A DNA stretch of 63,610 nt, counting the filler, from Licmophora abbreviata (lineage: Eukaryota): assembly GCA_900291995.1 (NCBI GenBank). It is 13 parts of 13 records of this genome, joined end to end, with 100 filler letters (N's around TTAATTAATTAA, not from the genome) between each part and the next. Parts side by side here need not be neighbours in the genome. Positions count along the whole stretch, not along the records: positions 5,822 to 13,779 come from OLMU01004433.1; positions 13,880 to 15,723 come from OLMU01004434.1; positions 15,824 to 17,402 come from OLMU01004435.1; positions 17,503 to 22,240 come from OLMU01004436.1; 9 more parts are not named here. One strand, given 5' to 3'. Positions 9,351-22,300 of the stretch are shown piece by piece; the stretch's first letter is position 1, and the number at the start of each line of letters is the position of its first letter. The notes beneath the pieces were generated by a model that was given only the letters and a program-made list of their open reading frames with translations, made no database searches and was not told where the DNA came from. Made by a program: the position numbers and the translations under genes.

Positions 9351-11087
9351 CTATGTCAGCAGTCCATCATCCTCGTCCTTGGACAAACTCCGAGGATCGT
9401 AAGCATCCCGACTGCCCTTGTAGACGGCTCTACCTCCTCGTAGGTGCAGAACGTGTCCGATTGACGGTAGAGCCTCTTCCAAATGATGAGTAATGTAAAT
9501 CAGACCCATATCGGTGCTCTGACAGACACGCTCAACTAGACCCAGAAACGTTCGACGATGGACCCAGTCCAATGCCTGACATGGTTCGCCGAGCACCAAC
9601 AGCCGAGGCCGGGACGCGAGGCTAGCCGCAAGGAGGACCAGCTTTTGTTCACCTTGAGAAAGGGCGGAGAAGGGCCGAGACCTAATACCAGGGTCATCCA
9701 ACCCCATCCACATGCAAACGGTCTCTGCGACTTCTCTAGAGGAGGCTGTTCCCTCCAGTACTTCTCTGGAGGTTTGACTAGACCGGGCTAGCGCCATATG
9801 AAGCTCTGTCGACACCCATCCAACGCCTGCGCGACGATGGTCATCTGCGCTCAGGCTTTCCAGTTGCGTCGCCGTCGTCACCGTGATCTTCCCCGATGCA
9901 ACTCCCCCCTCGTCCTTTGCCAATAAACGACTCAGTGTGGATTTACCAGCACCATTTCCACCGGCCACAAGCCAGCGCTCGCCTCCCTGTACCGTCCAAT
10001 TCAGATCTTGCAGCAACACCGCCTCAGTTCGCTTGACACAGAGATCCGTCGCCTGAACTAGGGGGGCTTCTGTCTTCTGCCACTGAGAAGAAAGACGATC
10101 TCGGTCCCACCATGCAGCAACGTCATTGGCGCTCGGAAGCGACGTATCCTCACAAGAGAGATCCAAATCCCACTCATTCTCAGAATCCAGTCCCAGTGCA
10201 CTCGCCAGCAGTTCCTGTCCTTTTCTTCCATTTCTACTTTGCGTCACCACCTCACTTGGCTGCTTCGTCGTCTTATCTTCACGTTTCAAATAAGTCACTG
10301 CCTCGATTTCATCCACAATCTCTTCTGGCCGATGAGTTAACAACAGCACTTGCGTATGCGCGGTTGCCCTAGCATCTACGCCTTGTACCAAAATATCCGG
10401 CCGAAAGCCCTTGAGCGTACGCGACACCAGCTCAGCCAACGACTCACGTGATGGGACATCGAGACCGTCAAAGGCATTATCTAAAATTAACAGCCGAGGA
10501 CGCCTCGACAGTGCTCGTACCAATAGTACCTTTCGAATCTCCCCTGTACTCAATGTCGACACCTCCCGATGTAGGAGTGGAAACAGACCAAATCGCACCA
10601 CCAAGAACTGAGCTGCCTTATTGAGTTTATTGGATCCAAACGAAATTGCGTGATAAGCGGGTCCTCCTTGTGCGAGCAACGCCTCGTGTGATTCAAACGA
10701 AACGTGTGCGACGTGGTGCTGGGGGCGCCAGTTCATGCTGTCCGTGTGAAGTGATCCCTCGTGGAGGTAGTCGTCTGTGTGTGAAGCCAAAGCATTGGAA
10801 AGTAGAGTCTTCCCAAGACCGTTGCGGCCCAATAGTGCGTGTCCACCCATGGAGGGATGCTGTATCGTCAAATCAAAAGGAGGAGTAACACTAGTATCAG
10901 AGCCCGGGTATCTGAGTCGGGCACGCTCAAGGCGAAGCAGCGGCGGAGGCTGGTTCGTGTCGTCTGAACTGTGAGACGCCTCCGTACTGCTGCTAAACAA
11001 CGTAGACAGCGGCAAGCGACCGTCAGGCCGCGGGCGACGACCCAGAACAGTGCAAGTTAGCAACGGAGACGGCCGCACCATTCTCAT
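9351..11087 (-). CDS. ModF-like soluble ABC protein with two nucleotide-binding domains
   Basis: Walker A GRNGLGKT and GGNGAGKS; signatures LSTGEIRK and LSQGEQK; VAHVSFESH; THRPEE and THHLEE switch motifs. Arg/Ser-rich presequence; start chosen at ATG 11087. Confidence 0.85.
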   Translation of the reverse strand: MRMVRPSPLLTCTVLGRRPRPDGRLPLSTLFSSSTEASHSSDDTNQPPPLLRLERARLRYPGSDTSVTPPFDLTIQHPSMGGHALLGRNGLGKTLLSNALASHTDDYLHEGSLHTDSMNWRPQHHVAHVSFESHEALLAQGGPAYHAISFGSNKLNKAAQFLVVRFGLFPLLHREVSTLSTGEIRKVLLVRALSRRPRLLILDNAFDGLDVPSRESLAELVSRTLKGFRPDILVQGVDARATAHTQVLLLTHRPEEIVDEIEAVTYLKREDKTTKQPSEVVTQSRNGRKGQELLASALGLDSENEWDLDLSCEDTSLPSANDVAAWWDRDRLSSQWQKTEAPLVQATDLCVKRTEAVLLQDLNWTVQGGERWLVAGGNGAGKSTLSRLLAKDEGGVASGKITVTTATQLESLSADDHRRAGVGWVSTELHMALARSSQTSREVLEGTASSREVAETVCMWMGLDDPGIRSRPFSALSQGEQKLVLLAASLASRPRLLVLGEPCQALDWVHRRTFLGLVERVCQSTDMGLIYITHHLEEALPSIGHVLHLRGGRAVYKGSRDAYDPRSLSKDEDDGLLT

Positions 11088-11468
11088 TGTGTGATGAGTT
11101 GTGAGTTTCGAGCCACACACCACCGCCGAGGCCGAGCTCATTCGTGACTGATGCTGACTATGTACGGTTTCCGCACAGCTCGCGCACGACTGGATGTGAC
11201 CAATCACGAACAGAAATCGCCCTTCCGCTTTCACGCATGACATCGACGCCCGGGCTACAAGCGAAATACCCCAGGCCTGCTCGTACCCAAGAACGCCTTC
11301 AAAGACGTAATTGCGACACCTAACGGCATGCAACATTGATACCTTTCTTATGTGAATATAACTTATCCCAAATCCCATATTAAAGAGCTCCCCGAACGAA
11401 GACGTTTCGGTCCGGCCCTAATCTCCATCCCATAAGCTGTATGAACGAAGGTTGTTCAGTCCAGCTCT

Positions 11469-14400
11469 CTACACCCAATCAAAGTTCATTTTATCCAACT
11501 CTTCCTTCGCTCGTCGAATATCCTTGACAAGACGTCGTTCCAGTCTTTCCGTCTTGGCTCGGTCGGCAATCGTGATACTGGCAATACCCCGCAACGCCTT
11601 GAGCGACAAATGAAGTTTGTCTAGTTCGGCCTCCTTGTCGTTCTGCTTGCGATACACCCGAGCCATCTTGTACAGTAGAATCGCATCCGCCTTTTGGCGC
11701 CGCAGGCTACCATCGGCGTCACCAGTGGAATGGCATCGTTCCAAGATCTCATTGTAGTAACGCAGAGCGATAGCGCAACTGCCGCTCATCGAGCATGCCT
11801 CGGCGAGACTATCCATCGTGGAAAGGACAGTGGGGTGGGCCGGTTCGAGAAGTGACTCTTGAAGCTGTTCAACGGAGAGAAAGGGAACGGACAGACGAAG
11901 CTTAGCATGATCCGCACGACAATGCTTGTATCACATCGCTCCAAGCAAACTTACTCCCAAAGCTTCCTTGAGAACCATGACGGCCTTTCCCGGCATGTTG
12001 CGGTAACGATACAGGTACCCGAGATTGCACAGCGTCGTAGCAGTCCCAAACATAAGCGGGCCACAATCCGGTTCACTACATAGGGAGTTTCGCTGCACGT
12101 CCAAGGCAGCTTCAAAGGCCCGACGCGCGTCTCGGAGCTCATTGAACTCGACATGTACACAGCCAATGTTGTTGTAAACGCGCGCAGTTGCTGGGTGCAG
12201 AGCACCCAGTGAGTGACGGCGGACTGTGAGAGCATCATGGAAGGAGTGCAGAGCCATTTCAAAGTTGTGAAGCAGCAAATAGCAAATGCCCACTTTAACT
12301 AGGGATATCTGTGTCGGAGAGAAGTGGAGCAGTGCAATGGTTAGATTATCGAATGAACAATGGAGGCCAAAGGCATGCTGCGTCGCTCACGTACCGCAAC
12401 CTCGTGGTGGTCCTTTCCAAGGGAACCCTTTCGTACACGTGAAGCTTTCTCGAAGTATTCGAGAGCCTTCTCATGGCGATTGATTCGGAGATAGACAATA
12501 CCCACGTTATGCAGCGCCGCGCCCACATCAGAATGTAGTTCACCATGCACCCGTCGCTGACAGTCCAACACTGTTTGGAATAGATGAAGCGCCTCTTGAA
12601 ACTGATCCCTCTGTAAGCCCCCAAAAAACAACAATGCATTAGCTCGCAAGCGATCCCATTCAAGAAGTAAGACTACGATAATCGGACATACCTTTAAGTA
12701 TGCCGCTGCTGCATCATAGATGTAGTTTAGGTTCGAATGGGGCCTTGCTAGCATCTCTCGTCTCAGGACAATCTCATCTTTGGCTTGACGTGATGGCGGC
12801 CAATCGCCGCCCAATGGTGCTATCCCATCGTCGTAGTCATCGCTGATTGACTTCGTCTTTTTGTCACCGACCGGACTCCCGGTATATAAGCTGAAATCCG
12901 GGTTGAGAATTACTGCTGGAGAATCGACGCCATTTCTCTTCGCGCTTTCGATTTCTCTCGGATCTACCGCCCCCTGCCGATTCTTGCGCACAGCCCCACT
13001 CCACGACGACGTCTTCTTCGACGCAGCTTTCCCGTCGGCAGAGCCCTTAGGACTCCTCAAATGCTCGTCTCCTTCGTATGGGCGCACAACCATAATCTCG
13101 TGTGACGGCGAGCGCAAATTGTCAAGCGACTCCTCCATCTCAATCATGGACAGAAAGTTGGCAGTCGCTCGCTCACTGATGCCGCCGGAATCACTAATGA
13201 GACAACTTTCCTCTGCGTCATACTGGTAGGGCTCCCGCAACGCAACCTCAATGCTTCCATCCAAATTTTCACGACGAGAATTAATTGCGCGCGTCCTCGG
13301 CGAGGAAGAGGCCGAGGAGTCAGATCCGCTACTAGCTGCTAGGTTCGGAGGGATTGATCCGAACTCAGCGTCATCCACGCGCTTCTTCCCTGGTCTCTTC
13401 GGAGAAGTCCTGGGGATTTCGTGTGGAGAGAGCCAGATGTTCGTTTCAGCTGGCGCACTGCTCTTCCGCTGCCGACCACGACTCGGGGAATTCGTCGGCG
13501 ATTCCATCTTCGGAGCGGAAAGAGGAAGCGCGACTTGACGTGTTACGTTTACCGTTGCATCGCGTCGAGCTCCGCCAATGATGCGGTGCGCTCTGCTCTT
13601 TCGCATCAGTTCGGGCGATGTCTCCGCGATTCGACCAGGAGGAGAGGGAGCTCTGCGGCGAATCACGCGATGTGCCTCACTCTTTCGCAGCATAGAATCT
13701 TGTTCAGACTCCTGGTTCCACACTGGCGCAGGAAGGCGAGAATCTTTCGCCATGTTGTGAAGCATCTGAACCTGTTGAANNNNNNNNNNNNNNNNNNNNN
13801 NNNNNNNNNNNNNNNNNNNNNNNTTAATTAATTAANNNNNNNNNNNNNNNNNNNNNNNNNNNNNNNNNNNNNNNNNNNNAACGAGCGAGTGGTCGGGGCC
13901 AAGAACAGTTGTTCGAATCTACAGGACCAGGACATCACAAGTGTCAGTATACGCTCAGAGACATTTTCCACGCAGCACGTGACCAAGACGCACCTCTAAC
14001 GCTTCAGCAAAAGCTTTCTCCCCTTCTAGAGCATGGCGAGCATCCGGTCCCTGCCGCTTGACCCACTCAAGGTGAAGCCCTCCAACGTTGCAAAGCGTGT
14101 CTGCTACCTCCAACAAACACGTTCGCAGTTCCTGCCTCGCAACCTTATCGTCTTGCCGTTTCACATGTAAAACCTTCCTCTGAATTTGCAAAGCAGTCTC
14201 CAATTCTTCCTGCCCTTCGTCATACATTCCCAGGTGCATGTGGCAGACGCCAAGATTGTTGTACAGGTTCGCGACCAGTCCATGTGGTTTATCTTGTCCA
14301 TAGTGCTCCAAGCGGATTCTCAGTGCCTCTTGAAACGTTACGATTGCATTCTGATACTGTCGCGCCTGCAACAGTAGAAACCCGATACGAACAAGCGATA

Positions 14401-15909
14401 CGGCAACATTTGGATGGTTCCTTCCCAAAGAATCCCGCGCCGTTCGCGAGGCAGCCTGAAAACACTCTAGCGATTGTTGACGGCAGCGGCTCTGCTGCAA
14501 AGTGCCTTCCATGAGCATCGATGCTCTCTTCGAGTGCACCATACCCAAGTTGTGATACGTGCTGGCTACCGACGAATGTTTCTTGCCGTAGCGGTGAACA
14601 TATTCTTGCAATACTACACCGAACGCAACAAGAGCCTTGTCATACTCGCCTCGTTCGACGTGCGCAACAGCGGCGGCATTGCGAGACTCAATCTCCGCCG
14701 AAGACAGTGTCTGTTGTGAAGACCCCCCAGTTCGGGAGCTCACGTGCGAAGTTGAGTCTCGCTTGTCGTCGTGGTATGGGGAACTCCGATTACGTGTTGG
14801 GGCCAGATCAGGCATCATTCGTCGAATGTCCTCCGAGCTCGTGGTGCTGTCATGGGCCATATCTCGCTGTCTTTGACGGGAGGACATCATACCGTGACTC
14901 GGGGGCGACATCAAGTCTTCCATCATTCCATCGAGATCCTCCGCAGGACTCGTACTGAAGGATTTCCGCACTGGAATAGGAGAGGGACCTGGGCTAGAAG
15001 TATCTTCCTCTGCGACCTCTGGAATAGCATGATGAGTCAGTGATCCTTGAATGCGATACGAGCTTCGTTCATCGGTTAAGACACTGGAAACAGATGGTTC
15101 CGGGGATACCCGGCTCTTCTTCTCATTCCAAGCCGAGTTAGCCACTGATCTTGGGCTGGTCGAGTCGGGGGTCACAGTACGACTCCTCGATTCGGTCTTT
15201 CTACCATTAGTCGACCGCTTTCCGGAAGAGAAGTCTCGAATGCTAGGAAGACCTGTATCTGTGGGCGGAGCGGCGCGAGAGTCGACGACTGCTTCCTGCC
15301 CTCGAGTGCCTTCCGGCTCCTGTTCTCCGTCATAGAGCTTCCCTCTACGACTTGTCGAAAAGTTTCGCATGCTACGAACATTTCCATCCGTCTGCGGGCC
15401 GTGATCAATCGCTGCTTCCTGACCTCGTGTCCCTTCTGGCTCCCTCTCCCCCTCATAGAGCTGCGCTCGCCGCCCATGTCGATTCGACGGGACTGGTAGG
15501 TGCAGGATATTACTCGTCCGTCCTGGACTCGGAGTCTTGGAAGTGTCGTCGTCTGTCGTGATTTCCGCTGTGTCTGCCCACGACCCACTGTTCAGGATGA
15601 GTCCAGCTGGTTCAGATGCCTTCAGCAGAGGCGTGTGCTGCACGTTTTCTTCGCGAACTACGGCATGAGACTTGCGGTGAACCTTCGGTGTCCGCCGAAA
15701 GCCGATGGCCAAACAGGACTTGCNNNNNNNNNNNNNNNNNNNNNNNNNNNNNNNNNNNNNNNNNNNNTTAATTAATTAANNNNNNNNNNNNNNNNNNNNN
15801 NNNNNNNNNNNNNNNNNNNNNNNATGGAGCTCACTGTTGGAGGAGCGCGCCCTTGTCTCCCCCTCTGTGATGCAGGACCGGCCGGCTGATGCGGCTGCGC
15901 GAACACCAT
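11469..15909 (-). CDS. Large TPR protein (kinesin-light-chain/nephrocystin-3-type TPRs), multi-exon, interrupted by two assembly gaps
   Basis: Repeated H-x-x-VAxxxxNLGxxH TPRs in ORFs 13955-15712, 12341-13765, 11931-12293 and 11469-11816. Introns 11865-11954, 12309-12394, 12611-12691 and a donor at 13993. The 5' start (15909) and the single-gene assignment across the gaps are inferred. Confidence 0.72.
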
Positions 15910-16331
15910 GGTGTCACCCCTGTGTCTTGTGTTAGCCGTTGATTTCCGCTTCAGCAACACTGTGGGCAAAACGAGTGAGTCGCGAGTCTTGTAAATTTTT
16001 AAATGCTTTCAGTACTGGAGATCGTGAATGATTTGAATCCCGGTGAATTTTTGATTTCTCGTGATCCAACGCACGTCCGTCCGTTCTTCGTTTGACCAAT
16101 CGAGACGGCAGAAGCACCCTATTCGATCATTAGAGGTTACCAGGCAATGGTCCAAAGTGTAAAACCGTTACTAGCAAATGGAAGTCACAGACGGTTACAT
16201 TTTACTAATGGACTTCGACAAAGGAAAAGCCGAAACCTAAATTCTATTTGCTATTTTATTGATAGAGCTCTGATTCATCATGAACTGGCGTTGGCAAAAC
16301 GTAACAAACGTAGCTACCGGTACTTTGTGAA

Positions 16332-19300
16332 TCATACCCCCCGGACAAACCTCCGGATACGGACAGTTCCATCCCAGGAGCTCGTTATCATACCACCGAC
16401 ATCTGGCTCTACTCCGGAACTGGGTTCTACACCCGCTGCCGAAAGTGAGTTCTGACAGTCCGAAAACGTAGTGAAACTCGACACATGATCGCAGTGTCCC
16501 GTTGCCTCGCAGCTCAAGAGACGCCCGCTGGTAATGTCCCATTCGCGAATGGCAGCATCCACACCAACGCTCAAAACAGTCTGACGGTCACCAGCCACTC
16601 CACGAGAAAGCAACACAGGTCCAGATTGCTTGATGCCCCTGCCTTCGGCGCAGTGACTCATAGTGGCAGCTGGGTTGCGAACTGATGTACACTTCTTTCC
16701 GGGATGACCCGTTGTCGCTTCGCTGGTGGACGTCTCGCCTCCATCAGCTCCAGATAGTGATCGGAAATCCCACGTGGCGACTGTGCCATCTGCTGATGCG
16801 CTTACCATGAGAGGGTCCGTTCGTGAACCAACGAGAATATCAGAGATTGGCGAATGATGATGTCGCAGAACGAACAAAGGAGCATGTCGGACTCGCGCGT
16901 CCCACAATGCGACAGATCGATCCGTCGACGCAGAAACAATCGTGTTTGGTCCCCAGTAATGGGCATGTGTCACCCACCTGCACCAACTCAGAAAACAACG
17001 GACGCGCATCAGAAAACAATAGACATTATCACACGGCAAATTACAGACAGTGGGAACGCACCCTAGATGACCAGACAGAGAGTGAATGCATTTCCCGCCG
17101 CTCCCAGCAAGATCCCAGATTCGTAACGTTCGATCGGAACCCCCACTGAGGAGACGATCACCATGCCAAGCTGTTTTAACGCAAAGCACTCTGCCCGTGT
17201 GGCCTGAAAGTATGCTCAGCGCATCGCCACTCCTCCCAGCTTTTCCTTTTGAGTGTACCACACGATCGGTGTTCGACGAGCCAACAATTGAGGACGTGCT
17301 GAACAAATTCGAACTTGATCCACCGAGAGTTTCACCACTACCTCGACGCCCCGAGCTTGGTTGTCTCAGAGACCAGAGCTTGATGAAGCCATCCCCACCG
17401 CCNNNNNNNNNNNNNNNNNNNNNNNNNNNNNNNNNNNNNNNNNNNNTTAATTAATTAANNNNNNNNNNNNNNNNNNNNNNNNNNNNNNNNNNNNNNNNNN
17501 NNCGGGACGATACACATGAGAGGGAACATCGATACAGGCGACGCCTCCTCTATGTCCTGACAGTGCCCTTCCGCGCAGTGAAAACTTTAGCCTGCTGAAC
17601 GCGTTCCCTGCCGCGATCTCCGTGATGCTGCCTCTTTTTGCTCGGGAGACGAAAGTAGACGACGCCCCCTCTCCACCTGAATGCGTCAACCGCATCTTAC
17701 CCAGGGCTGCCGTGGCATCGCTGAGCGAGGCCTCTTCACTTTTTCGAGCAAGGACCGTAGCAGCGTACACATCCTTGATGGACCATACGCGTAAATCACC
17801 AGCAGTAGTCCCCGCAGCCACCCGACAGCCTTCCATAGCGGAAAGCATGTCGTCTTCAGTCGAAAGTCCGCCTACATCGCCATTCGTACTGCGGCTACCG
17901 GCAAGAATCGACTGACGAAAGCCTGTCCCTCTTGCAGCGGCCAAACAGCTCACCGCCCCAACTCCATACTCGCCATCCATGGACGATGAACTTGAGCTTA
18001 TACCTGAGCTTCTACTTGCAGAGCTGCCCCAGTCGAGTCGTACTCCGCGGACTGCACGCTCGCTGACATTCTGGTCGCCATCAGACCCAAAGTCGATAGT
18101 GTGGGCGACAAAAACACCACCGTCCAAACCTCCACTTGCAATGATTGATGCACCGAACGATGCAAGAGATGTCACGGGCGATCGCTTTTGCCGAGCAGGT
18201 CCCTCATCAGCTCTGGATGATTCTCGCGACGACACACGACTGACTGAATGAGCAGCAGGGTGGCACCAACCAATCTCTTCCCATTTCATTTCCCGATCGA
18301 TCGCTTTGTCTATCCCATCTGTGATTCCCTTTTCGCTGCGAAGTCCATTCGTGTGCAAAAGGGACTTTGTCGGCGACTTTCCACTCTTGCTCAGTATCTG
18401 AAGATCGCCTGCTGTGAAAGCAGTCTCATCGCCATGCTCCCTTCTAACAGTTAGCCGTCTCGCCAGCATAAGAAGAGAATGGCCTCTTTCCGAAGAAAAC
18501 CACCCTCGCTGTTCGCTCACTCGGGTAGCAAAGCGTGCGAGCTCTTCGGCCGGGATACCAAAACCCAACATATCGTAAAGAGTTGCAACAGCTGCTTCGT
18601 ATTCGGCTACATCTGAGGTATTGCCAACTGAAGAAGTCTCGATACCAACAGGAGTACTCCTTTCGCCATCATGCGCACTGCTCGCGCCTCCAGCTGATTT
18701 GTCATTGTCACGCTCCTTCAGGTGAACTGATAGCACATCTTCCCACAAGCTGAGATCCGCGAAAATAGGGTGTAAACCGATCCTAGCTGTCATGTAGACA
18801 ACTTTGTTACCATGCTCATGAGATAGTTCCAGATCTCGGGATGACACTGGTTCCCCTTCTTTGGAAAGGATGGTACAGAAACCGGCTGTTTGCTTCAATA
18901 GATCATATGCCGGTTCGTAGTCCTCATACTCAAGGCATGCATCAAGCATCGCGCAGCTGAGGCGGGCAAGACATTCAAAGGCGACAGGCTCGAGCCTTGA
19001 AACACTCAGCTGGTTCCCTTGCCTTCGGCTTCCGTTGCTTTCTTCATTACTTTTCCTTCTTTTCCGTTGGTCTTCGAGACGCGACCTCTGGCTCAGAACG
19101 TTGAGAAGGAACTTCTGGGCAGCTGAATTCCGCAGGGCCGCCTCAGCATCGGAAATGAGATCTCGTCCATTTTCGAAGAATGTATCTGGTGGCTGAAGAG
19201 GCATGGTAGGTAAGCCATGTCGCCCAGATCGTCCCTTCGACTGCGTTCCCTCATACGCGCGCTCCAAACAACGCCGTATAACGTCTCTGTCCTTTGCGTC

Positions 19301-22300
19301 AGAGAGCTTTTGCTGCTCTACCGAGAGGCTCGAATTTCTTCTCGACACATGGCTGGACAGAGAGGCTATCGACTGAGCCATCGACGATGCGTCTGACGTC
19401 ATGTCATCAGTTGCAGAAGTCAGGAGGCTGGTCAAATCCAGTGAAATGTTTCCATCGGTCGCCATGAGATCTCCACTCAAAACGAGAGTCGTAGACTCTT
19501 CTGCTTCGTTCTTTTTATCCTGAGCTAGCTTCCAAGCGCGATATCGACGTTCTCCGATAGCTTCTCTTAGTTTCACCTTATCCCATACCTCGACAAAACG
19601 GGGTACGTTTTCCTCTTCCCCAGCTTTCTGAGTGCCCTCAGACATATCCAAGATGGGAGTGTACCGCCAGTTATTTTTTTCGAGCTCCATCAGATATTGA
19701 ACGCTCAAGCTACGGATGCCATCAGAGGACTGGTTCGAAGCGGTGGAAACCTCGTCGTCACTTCGCAAAGTTGGAGTTTGTTTCGAAGATACGGATGGAT
19801 CCACAACCTGTTGCAGAAGGGTAGTGGTGAAAGACGGGGTCAAGTGCCCATCTTCGACGAGGCTGTTGTCACGCGGTCTATCCCGGGGCTGAGTCAGACT
19901 TTCGAAAACGGTGGCTGCATCATCGTCGACGTCTAGTCCACTGGGGTTCGATCCAGTTTTCGCCTTGCGTTCGACTCTGTAAGTCGGAATTTTATCCTCC
20001 ACTTTCTGCAAAACCTTGGACAAGTATGCGGTGGCTTTTTCCAGCCGTGATGTGCCAAAGTTTCCAATAAGGCTGTTGGCTACTGGCTCTTCTTGCTTGT
20101 CTTCATTCATGTCAAACGTATAAATGACCTCATTGAAAAATGCGCACTCGTCGTCATCAAGAGACTCAAGAAACTGATGGAAATGCTGACAATTGACGAA
20201 GAGCGACAAGAATCGCTTTGAGCGAGGCGACAGCGTACGTTGCGGCGTACTCTGGCCGTGATTAGAAGCGCTCAGTGGAGCATTCCCCCGTTGTGCATCG
20301 AAAAGCGCAGGAGCGGTTCGAAGGAATTTGTCTCTATTGAAAACTGGCTGCGAGGCCGATACCTTGAACAGACAATCGTCATATCCCCTCACGAGGCTGC
20401 ATATTTGCAGGACAATGGCAATTCGGAACTCTCGTTCGGCAAGACTTTCAGATTCTAGTCTCGGCAAGGATCGACTCCCGGGGAAGTTCGATGCTCCATA
20501 TTCCTCCTCGACCTCTTCTTCTTCACGAAGAAGCCTAAACACAGCTTTCGATATGTTCGATGCTACCGGCGAGGGAAGTGGCGTAGGAACTTTCGTGGTC
20601 CGCCCTCCTCTCCTGTCAAAGGATGAAGAAATACAAGTTTGAGCACATATTTCAAGCGGGACAATCTCAAACACAGTGTTGAAATCGAGACACGTACCTT
20701 CCTTCGAAAAAATCTGGAGAAGAAAAGCCGCTGTCGAGATCAACAACGACAACGTCTGACAGAATGCTTGGGTCAACCAATTTCATACTCGATGTTGGGA
20801 CGCCAAGTATGTACGAGAGAGGTGCTTCTATGAACTCCAACATGGCATCCGGAAGAACGGGAATGTATGGTAGAGCCCATGAGAACGGGTAGATCAACGC
20901 GGTGACCACTTCGGCGACCATCGCAAGATTCGCAACTTCATGTGAATGCAGAAGAATTTTGCATTCCGTCAGAACTGCTGCAAGTAGAAGGTTTAGGCCC
21001 TCGGAGCCCAAAAGTCTGCACGCCGCAGTAATAGCTGATCCATGGGGCAAGGCAGGGAGCCCTGTGGGCGGAGGGCGAGTTAGATGAAGCCTCTCCCCCG
21101 GGAGGAAAGGGATCGAACAGTGCAGCACACCAGGGATAGGTTTCTGAAAGTTGATGATAAGATTGGCGAGATCTTGCTTGATCAAACTTTGTATTTTCAA
21201 TGATTGCACTGACTGCAGCCCACTACCAGCGCGTGCCGCCAACGCCTCGCAGAGTCGAAGAAGCATGGCTTCAATAACCCCGATAATTGGAACACTTGTG
21301 GTCATACAAATTCCCATCGGGACCCAAAGTCGCTTTGCGCTTGTTTTTCCTTTGCTTCTCGTCTCCGCCTTAGTGAGTCCAACCAGCGGTTGCGCGTAAT
21401 CATCCTGAGTCAAGTCAATACCAGGAGGAGCGGGCGCGTAGAATCTGATGACTGCACCGTAAGTCTTCATCGTTCGCGAGCCATAGGAATCAGCGTTCGA
21501 AGAGATGACAAACCACGAAAACGAAGTGGTGCAATTTAGACAGGCGTCAAAGGCCGGTATAGACGCGGCAGCAGTTGCCGGAGATGAAGCGGAAAAACGT
21601 TTAAGATTCAGATCCGAATGAGAGGGAGGTTCGGATCCCCTCCAAAGTTTCCAGCCATCCGGGAAACAGAACCATTCTACCTTGTCCATCAGGGAAGCAT
21701 TCCTTCCGTTTCGAGCGTGAAATTCGTCGTTAGGGGGGAACTGTTCAAGAACGCAGCAATCCGGTGCTGTATGGATCCACCCAATCGTCCCATCGTCGTC
21801 TTTCTGATCACCGATGTTTCTAGCGCCGACGATAGCGACGAAATCAACAACACCAGGCTGGAGTACTGGATCTTCGAGCTGCGGCTTCTTTTCAACGGCC
21901 GCAGGTTCAGATGGCAAGATTTGAGCAGCCTTCCTCTCGTTTTCGTCTGAAGACACCCTGGAGTGAGGCATGCTATCCCTGTGGTGATGGCGACCCTCAT
22001 GAGGACCGTGTTCACCATCGCTTACCTCGTCCATCTCATCTTCGCTTTCATCAAGCACTTCAGGTGAAGAGAAGCTGATTTCGAGAAGAATGCTTGGGTT
22101 ACGACGAGTGGCAGGTTTGACCATACTATTTCCTCGCCAAGACGGAGTCGACGGAGCCTGAACAAGAGCAGCGCTGTCACACTCAAATTGATACCACTGT
22201 TCTATCCTTGCGGTCTCGTTCCCCTTATTGCCTTCTCCAANNNNNNNNNNNNNNNNNNNNNNNNNNNNNNNNNNNNNNNNNNNNTTAATTAATTAANNNN

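Noticed and set aside
7854..11087. Bacterial contaminant or operon (TylF + ModF-like)
   Set aside because: On the same contig as the proteasome subunit and intron-containing TPR exons, and both carry eukaryotic targeting extensions.
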